Positions 26,025-38,899 of a stretch of DNA of 64,000 nucleotides are shown here, piece by piece. Location: contig JAAOMT010000531.1 of the NCBI GenBank assembly GCA_016748015.1, positions 434,001 to 498,000 of the forward strand, read 5' to 3'. Position 1 is the first letter of the stretch. Every line of letters begins with the position of its first letter. Source of the stretch: Geosiphon pyriformis uo1 (Eukaryota; Fungi; Glomeromycota). The translations under genes were made by a program, and so were the position numbers. The notes under the pieces were generated by a model, which worked only from the letters and a program-made list of their open reading frames with translations, had not been told where the DNA came from and searched no databases.

Positions 26025-26777
26025 TTCGCGCTTGAGTATTGATGTTGAAATTTACGATCTTGATTTTTTTTTACGAAAAATTATGAGTCGACGAAGATTT
26101 CAAATTTCTAGCTTATTTATAAATCTAATGGTTGATTTATTGTTAAGTTATTTTTTTTAAAAAATCAATAACCAAAAAAAAATTCAAGTTTTCACGTTAT
26201 AATTAAATTGAATTATGCTGCAACAAGAATCATAATAACGATTTATTCTTAAAAAATTTATTGAATTTTTTAATTATCTTTCTTGAAAATAGGATATCTT
26301 GACAGACCATTTTGTTTTAGAGTAGCTAATTCCCAATGAGAATGCTACTTATTCGTATGATCAAAGCACAATCGATACTACATGTATTTTTGTATTATAC
26401 ATGTATTTGAAAATACTTTCTCATAAATTTTACAGGAAATCCCTAATTTGTGAATAACTAAACTAGACCCTTTGCAATCAAAAAGGTTTAAAATCATACC
26501 ATGATATTTAAATTGATAGATTCAAAAAAAAAATTACAATTATTTCACAAGAGATTTAAATTTTAAATGTTTTATCAATTTTTTATTGAGCGAGTCTAGG
26601 TGACAGTATTTTAAAATTTTAATTCTCCATGTTTGCCGTTTCTTGACTTCGAACAGATATTAAGACAAAAATTTCAATTCTAATTTTGAAGATTTATTGT
26701 AACTTTTAATTTCAAAAAAACTAAATCCGCATTATTTTCATAATCACAATTAGTTTCGTCTTTCCTATACACAGCTC

Positions 26778-27838
26778 TCATTTCGTCACCCACCACTCCA
26801 TCCAAACTTTGACATGTTGGCGATTATCAATTCTTCGATATGTTCCTTTGGTTTTCAACGCTTCTTCAATTGAAATCACGTCATAATTCGAACATTTCTC
26901 AATTTTTAGATATCTGAGTTTTTTACATTTACAAAGCACCATCAACGAATCATCTTGTTTTCTATCATGAGCATCACGAGGAGGCAGCGAACATTCCGTA
27001 AAATAAAGATATTGAAGCGAATGATTTTGTGACATGAGACAATANNNNNNNNNNNNNNNNNNNNAACCTCATCGATTCCTGCTTTTCCCTCAGTTCTACC
27101 ACTACACCATAGGTAATACATTGGGTCATTTGTTGGGAAATTGATTTGAAACTGTATAATTGCTCTTGAATTATCATTAAAAATTTGGAAAATAGAATTC
27201 AAAATTTTTTTGACAGTAGTTGGGATGCAATTTCGGTCTAGCCCATCGCAATATTGCCATGCGGCATTTACCAGACGGTTATAATCGAGTTTTTTGAGAT
27301 ACGCAGGATAATTTGCCAATGGTTTTGGAAGTTTAGTTTCAGGATATTTCCAAATTCGGAAAATGCCAAGTTCTTTAGTAATATTGAAATTTAGAGGTGT
27401 TTCTTGAATATAGTAAAGATATTTTAAGTCAGGATATTTAAGGAATAAAAAGAGTGTTTTAAGAAACGAATATCGCTTTGGTTTGAAAGGCCAGCAATTT
27501 GTATGACTACGAAATGGATCAGACCAAAGAATTGGAACAGTGATTTTAAACCATTGTTTGGAAACTTGAAGTGTTTTAAAAAGGTCTTTATTTGATAAAT
27601 TATGAAATATTGGGAATAATATGTCATCTAAAATAATAGGTTTAATATTTTGCTGTTTCGTAAGTGGTACATGTAATATGTTGCCTGGAATAACATCTAT
27701 ATTCGAATTTTGACTTTCGGAAAGAGTTATTTCGCTAATAAGAAAACTAGAATCTGTATTCGAGCTACTTATTGTGAAATCACAATCACCATGATTATTT
27801 CCTAAAAATGGGATTTTATTGGGTTTCGAATCCACCAT
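26778..27838 (-). CDS. F-box protein (AM-fungal F-box/LRR type), copy A, interrupted by assembly gap 27045-27064
   Basis: F-box ILDDILFPIFHNLSNKDLFKTLQVSKQWFKITVPILWSDPF and family motif PLANYPAYLKKLDY. The LRR-like C-terminus (SLQYLYFTEC...CKKLRYLKIEKC) is in ORF 26778..27035 past the gap, in another frame, probably because the gap length is approximate. Confidence 0.85.
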
Positions 27839-29330
27839 ATCAAAGTTGCTTTACTCCATTCGTGAAAAAGTTTGGAGAATGGTATTTTGCATTTTATATA
27901 ACTTTAGAGATAGACTTTGTTTACCTGCGGCGGGAAAAGATAATGTACATACATCACTTGTTTGCCGAGTTTGGAAAAATTTCCCTAGCCGTAACATCTA
28001 CATGTATAATGATTTTCATCGGGAGCGTCGCAGAGAAAGTTTTATTTTTCACATATTCTTCCCTCTATCTATCATTTCCTATTCTCGACCGCTGTTATTG
28101 TGATAAATACCCCGTAGCAAGCTAGTGACTTAACCTTTAGATGAAAGAATTAATCTAATATCGTAAAAAGGCTCAAGAGAATTGAAGAAAATTTTTTTTT
28201 ATAATAAATTAGAACATTTTTAATAGTTATTTTGAAAATATTTTCCAAATGATCTTAATTGTAATTTAAAATTAATAAAATAGACAATATAAACATATTG
28301 TTATTTTGAAAAAATTTATGCCTTGTTATTAAAAAGTTACTATAAATTTATTTTTATAACAAAAATAAAGTAAAAATTAAAATGACATGTGAATAAAATG
28401 AGAAAATATAATTAATCATAATGTTACAATATTAAAAAAATTATACATAAAATAAAAATATCTTTAAAAAAAAATGATAAATAATTGGTTATTTATTTGA
28501 TTATTAGATTAAATGTGAACTGAAGCAAGATAGCTATAAATAATTTTAAAAAAAATCCATCTGTACGAAAAACCCAAATTAATTTTTTTAATATTGCTCT
28601 TTTTATTGTTTAAAAATTTTATTCAAAAAAAGCAACATTCATTAAATTTATTGTATTTAAAAATTTCTAAAAGAGCTAATTAATTAAGTTAAATAATCAG
28701 ATCGAATCAATTTACGCATATTAAGATTTCAAACCAAAATTTTTTTTTTAAAACTTTTGTGTTTTAAAAAATAAATCAAAAGATAGTTGAATTTTTAATT
28801 TTTATAAAATAGTTGTTATGAATATTAAGTTTGATTTAAGATTATAAAATAAAATGACCAAATATTGAGATTATTTTTTTATAAAAAATATATTTGAGAA
28901 ATAGTTAAAAAAATTTTTTTTTTTACATGAAAGTACCATAAGTTGAATAGATTATTTGATAAAATTGATATTAATGCCCAAGGATGTTTACTTTCAAGTT
29001 CATAGAGTTAATGCTCGACCTTTATTTAATCAAATCACATATGTAAATAACAAAATTTCTTGGGAATTTATGATATAACATTAATATTTAACGATGAACA
29101 CGATATTTCTAGATAATTTCAAATAATAAATTTAAATTGTTTTATTTATGATGAAGCAATTTAAAAAATAAAATAAAGTCTAAATAATTTATTATATTAA
29201 AAATTAAAAGATACTACTTTACGGAAGGTAGATAAAGTCTATTTGAAAATTCAAATAAAAGAAAGTTAGCATATTAATTTAATTAATAGATTCATCAATT
29301 GAAAAGCTTATAACTTATAACTTATATGAA

Positions 29331-29912
29331 CTAACCTTTTGATTCTTCAATCATTTGCCAACTTAAAACACGACTTCTATAAACTGCTCCTGGATGAATC
29401 TGCATTAGTGTTGTTGTTGGGTCGTCGCCTTCTGCCATTTTCCCTATATATTTATCTGATTTTAACAACTGTTTCTTTTTTCCCCTGTTATTTTGAAGAA
29501 ATCCGTTAACGAGTTCGAACATGTATTTAGTTCGCCAATACGACCCCCCATGTTTCCGCAACTGTTCTTTCGGTTCCAAATACATCTTCCCAAGTTCCTC
29601 CAACTTGTTTCTAAGTTTTTCCGCAGTAGGACGATTCTGAGGATTAACATCCCAACACTTTTCAATGAGTTTAGCAATTAAAGGTGGAATAAGTGGGGAA
29701 GTAATGATAGGTCTAATACCATTCAAAATATCTATCACGAGAAAGCGGTCATGAGAACAATCATGAAAGGGAGGGTTTCCTGTTGCTAATTCCCATAATA
29801 ACATTCCTAAACTATAAATATCGCCAGCTGTTGTAAAATTTTCTCCTCTTAAAACTTCTGGTGGAATGTATGGAATAACTCCATATATCTTTTTCTTTTC
29901 TGTTGCTGTCTC

Positions 29913-29962
<50 letters not shown>

Positions 29963-30907
29963 TCTCTGTTGTTGTTATTGTTGCTTCATCGTTTGTAGGT
30001 TGATATAATCCGAGGTCACAAATCTGTGTTTTATAGATAGCAGATTCATATTGTAGGATGTTGCCCGAGTGTAGGTTACGATGAACCATACCAAAAGAAT
30101 GAATTAAATGAAGTCCAGAAGCTATATCACGGGCGATCGATAATTTATTTTCCCAACTCAACAAATCAAAATTTGATGAAACATATTTTCGCATGTCACT
30201 ATGTTCGGCAAACTCCATCACAATTCCATACTCAAGTGTTTCAGCGTTTTGCGTAATTCCAAATATTGTTGAGATATTATTTAGATCCCCACCGCCATTA
30301 TTAATAAACATAACTCTTTGAATTTTTAACTATCAATAATGTAGAAAATGATAATAAATAAACGATAATATATAGTAAATAAATATTAATGAAATATAAA
30401 TGCAAATAGTAATAGTTTGTTTACCTCTTTAAACACTTCTGAACTGTTTGCTTTTATAATTTTTATTGCTACATGCATCCCTTTTGTATATTTCAATCTT
30501 TCATATTCCATTTCACCATGATGTTTTAAAGTATATTTATTAATTAATCCATCAATTAGGTTTGCTTCATAAATTATACCGAACCCTCCTCTAGCAATTT
30601 CGTTGACATTTGACAAACACTCCCACGGAATCCATTCATAATAATTTAATCTACCGCTATGTTTTTCACTATGGTTTTCACTAATTTCATCTTCATTATT
30701 AGGTGGAATATAGATTGGATTCTTAATTATTTCATTGACCACTTTATTGCCGTTTGAAAAGTCTTTATAATGTTTTTCAAAAAATGTAAACTGGCATGCC
30801 GCACACGAATTTCCTTCATTATTTTCAATACTTTCTTGACAGGATTCACACTCATTGCAATCATGAGAATATGGACGTGTTGTTCTTTTAATTTTTTTAT
30901 TTTCCAT
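29331..30907 (-). CDS. TKL-type protein kinase-like, copy A (predicted pseudokinase, HRD>HRN); exons 30907-30425 and 30329-29331
   Basis: Cys-rich N-terminus, EWIPW, ARGGFGIIY, VAIK and EVFKE|LKIQ joined across GT-AG intron 30424-30330. Then VHRNLHSGNIL, CDLGL, YGVIPYIPPEVL, GDIYSLG, CWDVNPQNRPTA and the AM-fungal HPGAVYRSR tail. Confidence 0.9.
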
Positions 30908-31432
30908 GATGTGAATAAAGGACAAAGGATAAATAAGGATAAAAAGTGAATAGGTTATTATTCAAAGATTGTTTCTTTAAAATTTTATTTGATAATACGT
31001 TTAGAAAGTAATTTGTCTAAAGAAGAGTTCTTTATTTATTTTGTTTCTTCTATGTTCAAAATAGTCTAACAAAATCAATTTATTAACCTTATTCATCATA
31101 TTAAATAGGTTTAGCTATTAACAAATTTAAGTAGCTATAGTACACAAAGAAAAAGTTTCCTTTTGTATCATTGTATTGAGGAGTTCAGTAAAATAAAGAC
31201 AACAATAAAAAATCAGATTAGGCTTTGAATGAAGCTGTATAATTTAATCAATTGAGTTTTTACTGTATTAAAATAGCATTTTTTAAAATTTAGCAATTAT
31301 GGGCGTAAAAGAAATCATTTTACATCGCCACAGTTTATTTTTAAGATTATCAAATCGATTACATAAAAAGACTGTTATACTCTTCTATTTACGGGGGACA
31401 ATGTATGCTGAAAAAGATTATCAATTATGTAC

Positions 31433-32569
31433 TGATTAAAAGGTTTAAGGTAAAGTGCGAAATTTTAAAAATAGCATTCAAAAAAGTTATTAAAAATATA
31501 TTAAAATTTAGATTTTTATCATGATAATCAATTCGCCTTTCGGGTGTTGCGGAAAGAAAATTTTTGAATTTGATGCTTTAGCAACCAAAAATATTACATT
31601 TCTCGGCCTAAAATAAAATATAACATATAAATTACAAAATTTTTCTAATTGAATTGCTAATTTTTCTTAAGAAAGAACTTTTGTCAATATCAATATCCTT
31701 ACGATTGTGGGAAGTATTTATATCACCAAATCAGATTATTAAGGTATCTTTTCTATTCGAGAAAAATTAAATTCCAAAAAAATTACCATTCAGGATATCA
31801 ACAGCTGATTTGGGGTTAATAATAAAGGCAAAGCAGATTATTAAATTTTTGAATAAATCGAAAAGAATATGATTTTCTTTTAAGAGGAGGGGGAGTGGGG
31901 CAAATAAATTAAAATTTAAAAATCCGGTCCCGAGATTAAAAAAAATTTTTTGAATTTCTTAAAGTTTTCATTGATAAAAAAATCTAAATTCAAAAAACAT
32001 TACATGAATGCTTAGTCTCCTTTCATTGAATCATTTTTGCCCTTTTTCTCACCTAACCAAAGAAATTTTTTTTATTTAAAAAATAAATGCTGCGCCAAAG
32101 GAAAGACCTGTTTACTTGCAAAAAAACATGAAATTTTCGGCGTAATACCAATCACCATTTATCATGTAGGAAAATTTTTTTTGTAAGACGCACGTTTTTT
32201 GACCTAATTAAAATTTCCTAATTTCGAATATATTCACATTTCCACTGATTGGGTTTTCTTAAGGGGAGGTTACAAAATATAATATGAAACACCTAGTTTT
32301 ATTGCTCTAGAGATTGTGCAAAATAAATTATGAACTTGAAACAAAATACGGGAATTCAAAGTATGAAAAGTGAATTCAGTTTCCATCGTTTTGTGAATCG
32401 AATGATCAAAGGTCTATTACATGAAACTTATATTTACTACCTATAATTAATAAAATTTTGCTCGCATCAAACAAGTTCATCATATTAATTCTACAGAAGA
32501 TTAGTAAAATGGACAATTCTTTCTTGTTTATTGTAATATGCTCAAAAAAGCTCGATTCAGATAAATTTG
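31433..32569 (+). repeat. Non-coding block duplicated in inverted orientation at 53937-55311
   Basis: Several colinear reverse-complement matches: 31506 atttagatttttatcatgataatc...cctttcgggtgttg vs ~55184-55228; 32023 tcattgaatcatttttgccctttttctcacct vs ~54436-54467; 32460-32495 vs ~53985-54023. Confidence 0.9.
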
Positions 32570-33101
32570 ATAGTTTTTATAATTAAATAAATCTATTTAG
32601 GCTTTTTAATGACCACTTTTAATTTTTTGTTGTTAGCTCTTGATTTCTTTAATTATAAGTTTTTATATTATTGATTAAGAAATATTCAAATATTAATTCT
32701 AATATTTGAATAATTTATTAAAAATTTAATTATCATATTAATATCTTAAAACATAAGGTCTTTTTAGTAAATTATAAATAAAATTTTTGTAATTAACAAA
32801 ATTGTGAAACTCTTTTAATTATATTTTTATAAAAACATTAAGTAAATGCATAAATTTCATATTTTATATATATTGAAATAACAAGTTAATAAATAGAAAA
32901 AACTAATTAATAAAAAATAAATATATCAAATATTATAACTTATTTAATTAAAACATATATTTTCAAAAATATCAATTCAATTAATAAAAAAATTTAAATA
33001 TTAAACAATAATTGTGGATAAGGATAGCAGAAAGGTAACCCGTCTTTGGTTGTGGGAGTTTATTAAGATGGAAGCATGGGATTTGTTTCCATTGTCTGGT
33101 C

Positions 33102-33202
33102 TAGAGTAGTCTTGATTGGCTCAGGTGAATAGTCACGTGTTGTTTTGACAATGATCCATGACAATGGCATTGTACAGGATAGTTATTGGTTGGACTACAC
33201 TA
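33102..33202 (+). mobile_element. Putative ~100-bp MITE-like element with ~10-bp terminal inverted repeats
   Basis: Ends TAGAGTAGTC...GACTACACTA are 9/10 complementary. The internal caggtg..tagtcacgtg and attggtt(g)gactacact recur at 38813-38860, and the left end tagtgtagtcttgatt recurs at 39675-39690. Confidence 0.45.
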
Positions 33203-35381
33203 CTTTGTTGAGCATTAAAATAAATGTGAATTTCAAATGCAATTAACCATTTACATCTTTATTAATAAATCTTATAAATCAATTTTACTATTATTTATTA
33301 AAAAATTGGGTTTCATATATATATATATATATGTATATAGACATTTTTTAATTTGAATTAATATTTTTAATTAATCTAATAATATTTTTATATATATATT
33401 CTAAATTGCATCACTTAATGTTATTTTTATATTATATTATAATATACCAAAAATTAATTTAATGAATGAAACTTACAAATAAATAAATTGTTTAATAAAA
33501 ATAAATTAATAGCAAAATAATTGAAAGCGATATTTTTTTCTCAAAATTAATAAATTTTCTTTTCTTATATTTTATAAAAAATCTAACTTGAAATTCAAAA
33601 AATAATTATTTTAATATTTTTAAATTAACTAAACTTTTTTTGCTAACATGAATATAACTTAACTACTATATATATATATAAGAGGCATATATTATAAAAT
33701 AAATGCAGTTTAAATGCTTTTTATATATAACCAACCACCTAAGTCAATCAAAACTATACTATCATATAAATTTAAAACTTAAACCAACTGCTGTACCAAA
33801 AAAAATTAATTCACTATGCTTAAAATACCTGAAACCAAATGTGCAAACTCATAAAATTCAAATATTCTAAAACAAAACTGCATTTCTATATAATATTAAG
33901 ATCAATTATCTTTTTTTTATATTTTTAGTAATTATGCTTTTATTTACAGATATTAGAACTACTCGCTTAGACGAAAAAACAATGGAAAACTCATTTGACG
34001 TCTTTGTGTACTAAAGCTAGTTAAACAATAATGGTTCAAGGGGGAAATATGAAAGAAAAAACTGATCATTATGATCTATGCTCGAACAATGCGTTACAAC
34101 ATGATCGAGATTAGGTAGAAAAGAGAGAATACCTTTTTTAAATTATCAATTTTAGCATCTAATCACCTTTGTAATTGTTATATTGTAAATTAAAATTTTT
34201 ATAAACTTAATCTCATTATATAGTTTAAAAAATTATGATGTCCGATAGCATATTCATAAAATTGAAATTAAATTTTTCTCTTACCTTTAGGCAAATAGAC
34301 TAATTCTTTTATAAGGTTCATTAATATCATTATTCATAATCACAATATTTTCTTTGGCCAGCAATTTTACTACTTTTAAAAGCAAATGTTGTTTGGATGA
34401 TTTCTTTAATTTTTAAAATAGTAGTGGCTTTCTCAAAATCTTGAAATTTTTTTTATTTTGGTAACTTTTTTATAAGTCATTTTTTTTTCAACAGCTATAA
34501 AATTAATATCCAAAGCAAAAATTTCCTTACACTAATATTGAATGTATCTATTTACAAAAATATGATTTTTTTTCTTTAATCAATAACATTGTTTTTCCAA
34601 AATCATTTTGCCAAGTTTTCAACAGGTATTTCAAACTTTTTACTTTTACAAGATGTGTTAACGTGTCATCTAGTGGTCTGCTCCTCCAAACTGCTTGTCT
34701 TTTAATTCACTTTATTAAAAATTGCTTTGCTGTCCAATGATGCAACTTTGTTCAGAACTTTCGAAATTTTTAGCATTCTTTGGCTTTCTGTACTGGTAAT
34801 ATTCAATGAAACTGGTCTTTGGCTCTTGTTTGCCATATTTTCACTTCTACTGTTACTAGCAAGAAGTTACTGAACAAATAGTCAAAAACATTAAATTTGA
34901 ACAATGTTGAGAAAAAAATTATAAGTTTACTTAAAAAAGAAGGGAACTTTAACTAAGTAAGCTTTAGTGGCTTCTTGGCTAAAGAAAGAAGCAATATTTT
35001 TAATAACTTATATAATTTAAACGTTAAGATTATCATTTTTAAATGTGCTTGGAAAATCATGCTCAAAAAATTATTATTATATAGTACTCATTTTTTCGGT
35101 TTCCTTTAAAGAGATAATTAAACAGTAGTGACTAAAAAGTACAACGACTATGGTGTTCTTTTAAAATTTAATGTTATCTAAGAGCGCAAGGGAAAATTAA
35201 AAGTGTTCCCAAATTTAATGAAATATAAACTCTTAGTTATGACCATTAGTGACAACGATTGATTATTACATGTTCCATATTGCCAAAATCAGAGTTTTTA
35301 TCAAAATATCTGGAACAAATTCTCAATACCTTTCGGGGATCACCAAAACAATATCAGCTGCCTGTGAATTTTTATCCTCTT

Positions 35382-35714
35382 TTAAATAAAGGTACGTTTC
35401 AGGTGGAGGTCTGAATTTGTTTTCTCGAGAAACAAACTTATACTTGGTGTGAACGATGGTTTCTTGGAGCTTTGTTTCAATTTTATTACGATTGTTATTC
35501 CAATCGTATCGCCATTATTGCTTCCAACTGTATCGCCATTATTATTTCCGATTCTATTGCTGTTATTTTTCCCGTTCCCGTATACACCACTCTTATTTGT
35601 AATGACAGTAGGATTTGAAATAGCTGGAATTGGAGAGCCTTTTGAGAGACTTAATAGAAATGAGAAAACGAAGGAAAGGAGGACTAGAATAGATGGGGAA
35701 AGTGTACAGTACAT
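35382..35714 (-). CDS. Small secreted Gly/Asn-repeat protein, copy B
   Basis: 110 aa paralog of 25686-26024. The signal peptide is conserved, about one repeat is lost, and a compensated -1/+1 frameshift precedes KPSFTPS. Confidence 0.72.
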   Translation of the reverse strand: MYCTLSPSILVLLSFVFSFLLSLSKGSPIPAISNPTVITNKSGVYGNGKNNSNRIGNNNGDTVGSNNGDTIGITIVIKLKQSSKKPSFTPSISLFLEKTNSDLHLKRTFI

Positions 35715-36281
35715 TTTGCACTTGAGTATTGTTATGGAAATTTTCGATCTTGATTTTTATTACGAAAAATTATGAGTCGACGAAGAGTTCAATTTTCTAG
35801 CTAATGGTTGATTTATTGTTAAGGATTGATTAAGGTATTTTTTTTAAAATCAATATTCAAAAAAATTCGAATTTTCACGTTATAATTAAATTAAATTGAA
35901 TTGTGCTGCAATAAGAATTATAATACCGATTTATTCTTAAAAGTTTTTTAGGAATCTTGACAAACCATTTTGTGTTAGAGCAGCTAATTTTCAAATGATA
36001 TTTAAAATGTTAGAGTTTGAAAAGAAAATTTACAAATAAACATTATTTCGCAACAGATTTAAATTTTAAATGTTTTATCAATTTTTTGATTGAGCAAGTC
36101 TAGGCTAAAGTATATGAAAATTTTAGTTCTCCATGATTGCCGTTTCTTGACTTCGAACAGATATTAAGACAAAAATTTCAATTCTAATTTTGAAGATTCA
36201 TTGTAACTTTTAATTTCAAAAAAACTAAATCCGCATTATTTTCATAATCACAATTAGTTTCGTCTTTCCTATACACAGCTC

Positions 36282-37344
36282 TCATTTCGTCACCCACCAC
36301 TCCATCCAAACTTTGACATGTTGGCGATTATCAATTCTTCGATATGTTCCTTTGGTTTTCAACGCTTCTTCAATTGAAATCACGTCACAATTCGAACATT
36401 TCTCAATTTTTAGATATCTGAGTTTTTTACATTTACAAAGCACCATCAACGAATCATCTTGTTTTCTATCATGAGCATCACGAGNNNNNNNNNNNNNNNN
36501 NNNNNNNNNNNNNNNNNNNNNNNNNNNNNNNNNNNNNNNNNNNNNNNNNNNNNNNNNNNNNNNNNNNNNNNNNNNNNNNNNNNNNNNNNNNNNNNNNNNN
36601 NNNNNNNNNNNNNNNNNNNNNNNNNNNNNNNNNNNNNNNNNNNNNNNNNNNNNNNNNNAACCTCATCGATTCCTGCTTTTCCCTCAGTTCTACCACTACA
36701 CCATAGGTAATACATTGGGTCATTTGTTGGGAAATTGATTTGAAACTGTATAATTGCTCTTGAATTATCATTAAAAATTTGGAAAATAGAATTCAAAATT
36801 TTTTTGACAGTAGTTGGGATGCAATTTCGGTCTAGCCCATCGCAATATTGCCATGCGGCATTTACCAGACGGTTATAATCGAGTTTTTTGAGATACGCAG
36901 GATAATTTGCCAATGGTTTTGGAAGTTTAGTTTCAGGATATTTCCAAATTCGGAAAATGCCAAGTTCTTTAGTAATATTGAAAGGCCAGCAATTTATATG
37001 ACTACGAAATGGATCAGACCAAAGAATTGGAACAGTGATTTTAAACCATTGTTTGGAAACTTGAAGTGTTTTAAAAAGGTCTTTATTTGATAAATTATGA
37101 AATATAGGGAATAATATGTCATCTAAAATAATAGGTTTAATATTTTGCTGTTTCGTAAATGATACATGTAATATATTAATAATAATATATTTATTATAGG
37201 TTTAGCAAAAAAAATTTAAAGCTAATTTGTTTGTCAAGAAAGAAGAATTAGTAAATTAATTACTTTCGAACTGCTTATTGTGGAATCACAATCACCATGA
37301 TTATTTCCTAAAAATGGGATTTTATTGGGTTTCGAATTCACCAT
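36282..37344 (-). CDS. F-box protein copy B (either a pseudogene or intact via putative intron 37263-37148); gap 36485-36658
   Basis: ATG at 37344 gives MVNSKPNKIPFLGNNHGDCDSTISSSK, then a non-homologous AT-rich tract with a stop. The F-box and downstream frame stay open across a 99-bp in-frame deletion. The 3' part is nearly identical to copy A. Confidence 0.6.
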
Positions 37345-38899
37345 ATCCAAGTTGCTTTACTCCGTTCGTAAAAAAGTTTGGAAAATGGTATTTTGGATTT
37401 ATATAACTTGAGAAGAGATAAAATTTGTTTACCTGCGGCGGGAAAAAATAATGTATAATATCACTTGTCTGCCAATTTCCCTAGCCGTAGTATCTACATG
37501 TGTAATGATTTTCATCAGAGAAAGTTTCATTTTTTACATATTTTCTTTCTCTATTTATTATTTCTCATTCCCAACTGCTGTTATTGTGATGAGTACCCAT
37601 AACAAGCTAATAACTTAACTTTAGATGAGAGAATTAATCTAATATCCGGGAACTCTATTACTTGATCTTAGCAAAAGGCTCAAGAGAATTGAACAAAGCT
37701 TTTTTAAAGATTTAGAAACCTAAATACTTTGTTTTAAAATAAAATTAGCCAAACTAATAATATATCGAATCTTTTTTTTATAAAAAATTCAACAATAGAA
37801 TATATTTAACAATTATTTGAAAATATTTTTCCAAATAATCCTAATTATAATTGAAAATTAATAAAATAGACAGTAAAAATTCATTGTTAAAATATTTTTT
37901 TTTTAATGGAAAAGATTTATGTTTTGTTTTTAAAATTTAATACAAATATATTATCATAACAAGAAAAAATTAAAAATTAAAAAAATATGTGAATAAAATG
38001 GAATAAATAAAAATAATAATAAAGTTACATAAAATAAAAAGATTTTTTAAAAATCTAAATAATTGGCTAAAATTCATTATTAGATTAATTATCAGCTGAA
38101 AAAACAAACTTAACAAGATAACAATAAATAATTTTTGTTTTATTTTTGCTTTTTTTGTTATTTAAATTTTTTTCAAAAATAAAAACTAAGAATTATTAAA
38201 TTTATAATATTGAAAAATTTTTAAGAAACTTAATTGATTAAGTTAAACAATCAAATCCAATCAATTTATGCATATTAAAATAACAAAACAATTATAAATT
38301 TTTAATTGTGCAGATTTTTAATTCTTTGATTAATTATTAAAAAAATTTCATCAAAAATCAATCGAATTCTTTTCTTTTGGAATAAAAAATAAAATGACAT
38401 AATTGAAGTTTGAATTTAAATATCAAATAATATTTTTCTAAAAAATTTAATTAAATATTTAATCTTTATAAAATAATTGTTCTGAACAAGGTTTTATTAA
38501 AAATCTTTTGATTCAAATGGTTTTAAAAACATTTTAATGCTCGACCTTTAATTAATCAAATTACATATGCAAATAACAAAGTTCATTGGAATTTATCATG
38601 TAATATTGGTATTTAACGATATTAAAATCACAAATTTAATACTAAGGTTAAGAAGAAAATGATTCAATATAAAGATTATTTTGATGTATTAGATAATTCT
38701 AATTAGCCTTCAAGCAATAAATTTAAATTGTTTTATTTATCAATTTTTATTAAAAAATATATTCAAAGAATCGAAAAGAAATTTAGTTAAAATTGAATAG
38801 ATAAAATTTATCCAGGTGGCTAGTCACGTGTAAAAAGCGTATATATTGGTTGACTACACTCATTTATTATGAAAAATAAAGTCTAAATACTTTATTACA

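Larger units (their letters stand above)
25095..30213. repeat. Segmental tandem duplication, copy A (secreted peptide + F-box + kinase); partner 35099-39544
   Basis: Colinear homology of genes and intergenic DNA, for example 25146 ttaagagatgattaaacag vs 35106 ttaaagagataattaaacag, running through to the kinase. A short upstream block 24229-24290 also matches 35038-35097. Confidence 0.92.

Noticed and set aside
25680-26160. Plus-strand and alternative-frame ORFs over the secreted peptide (also 35449..35775)
   Set aside because: They are shadows of a repetitive coding sequence; the signal peptide and synonymous-change pattern favour the minus-strand 112/110-aa frame.
33940-34870. GC-richer exon-like patches, for example minus-strand RQAVWRSRPLDD
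   Set aside because: Stops occur in the frames read and no family can be assigned by eye.
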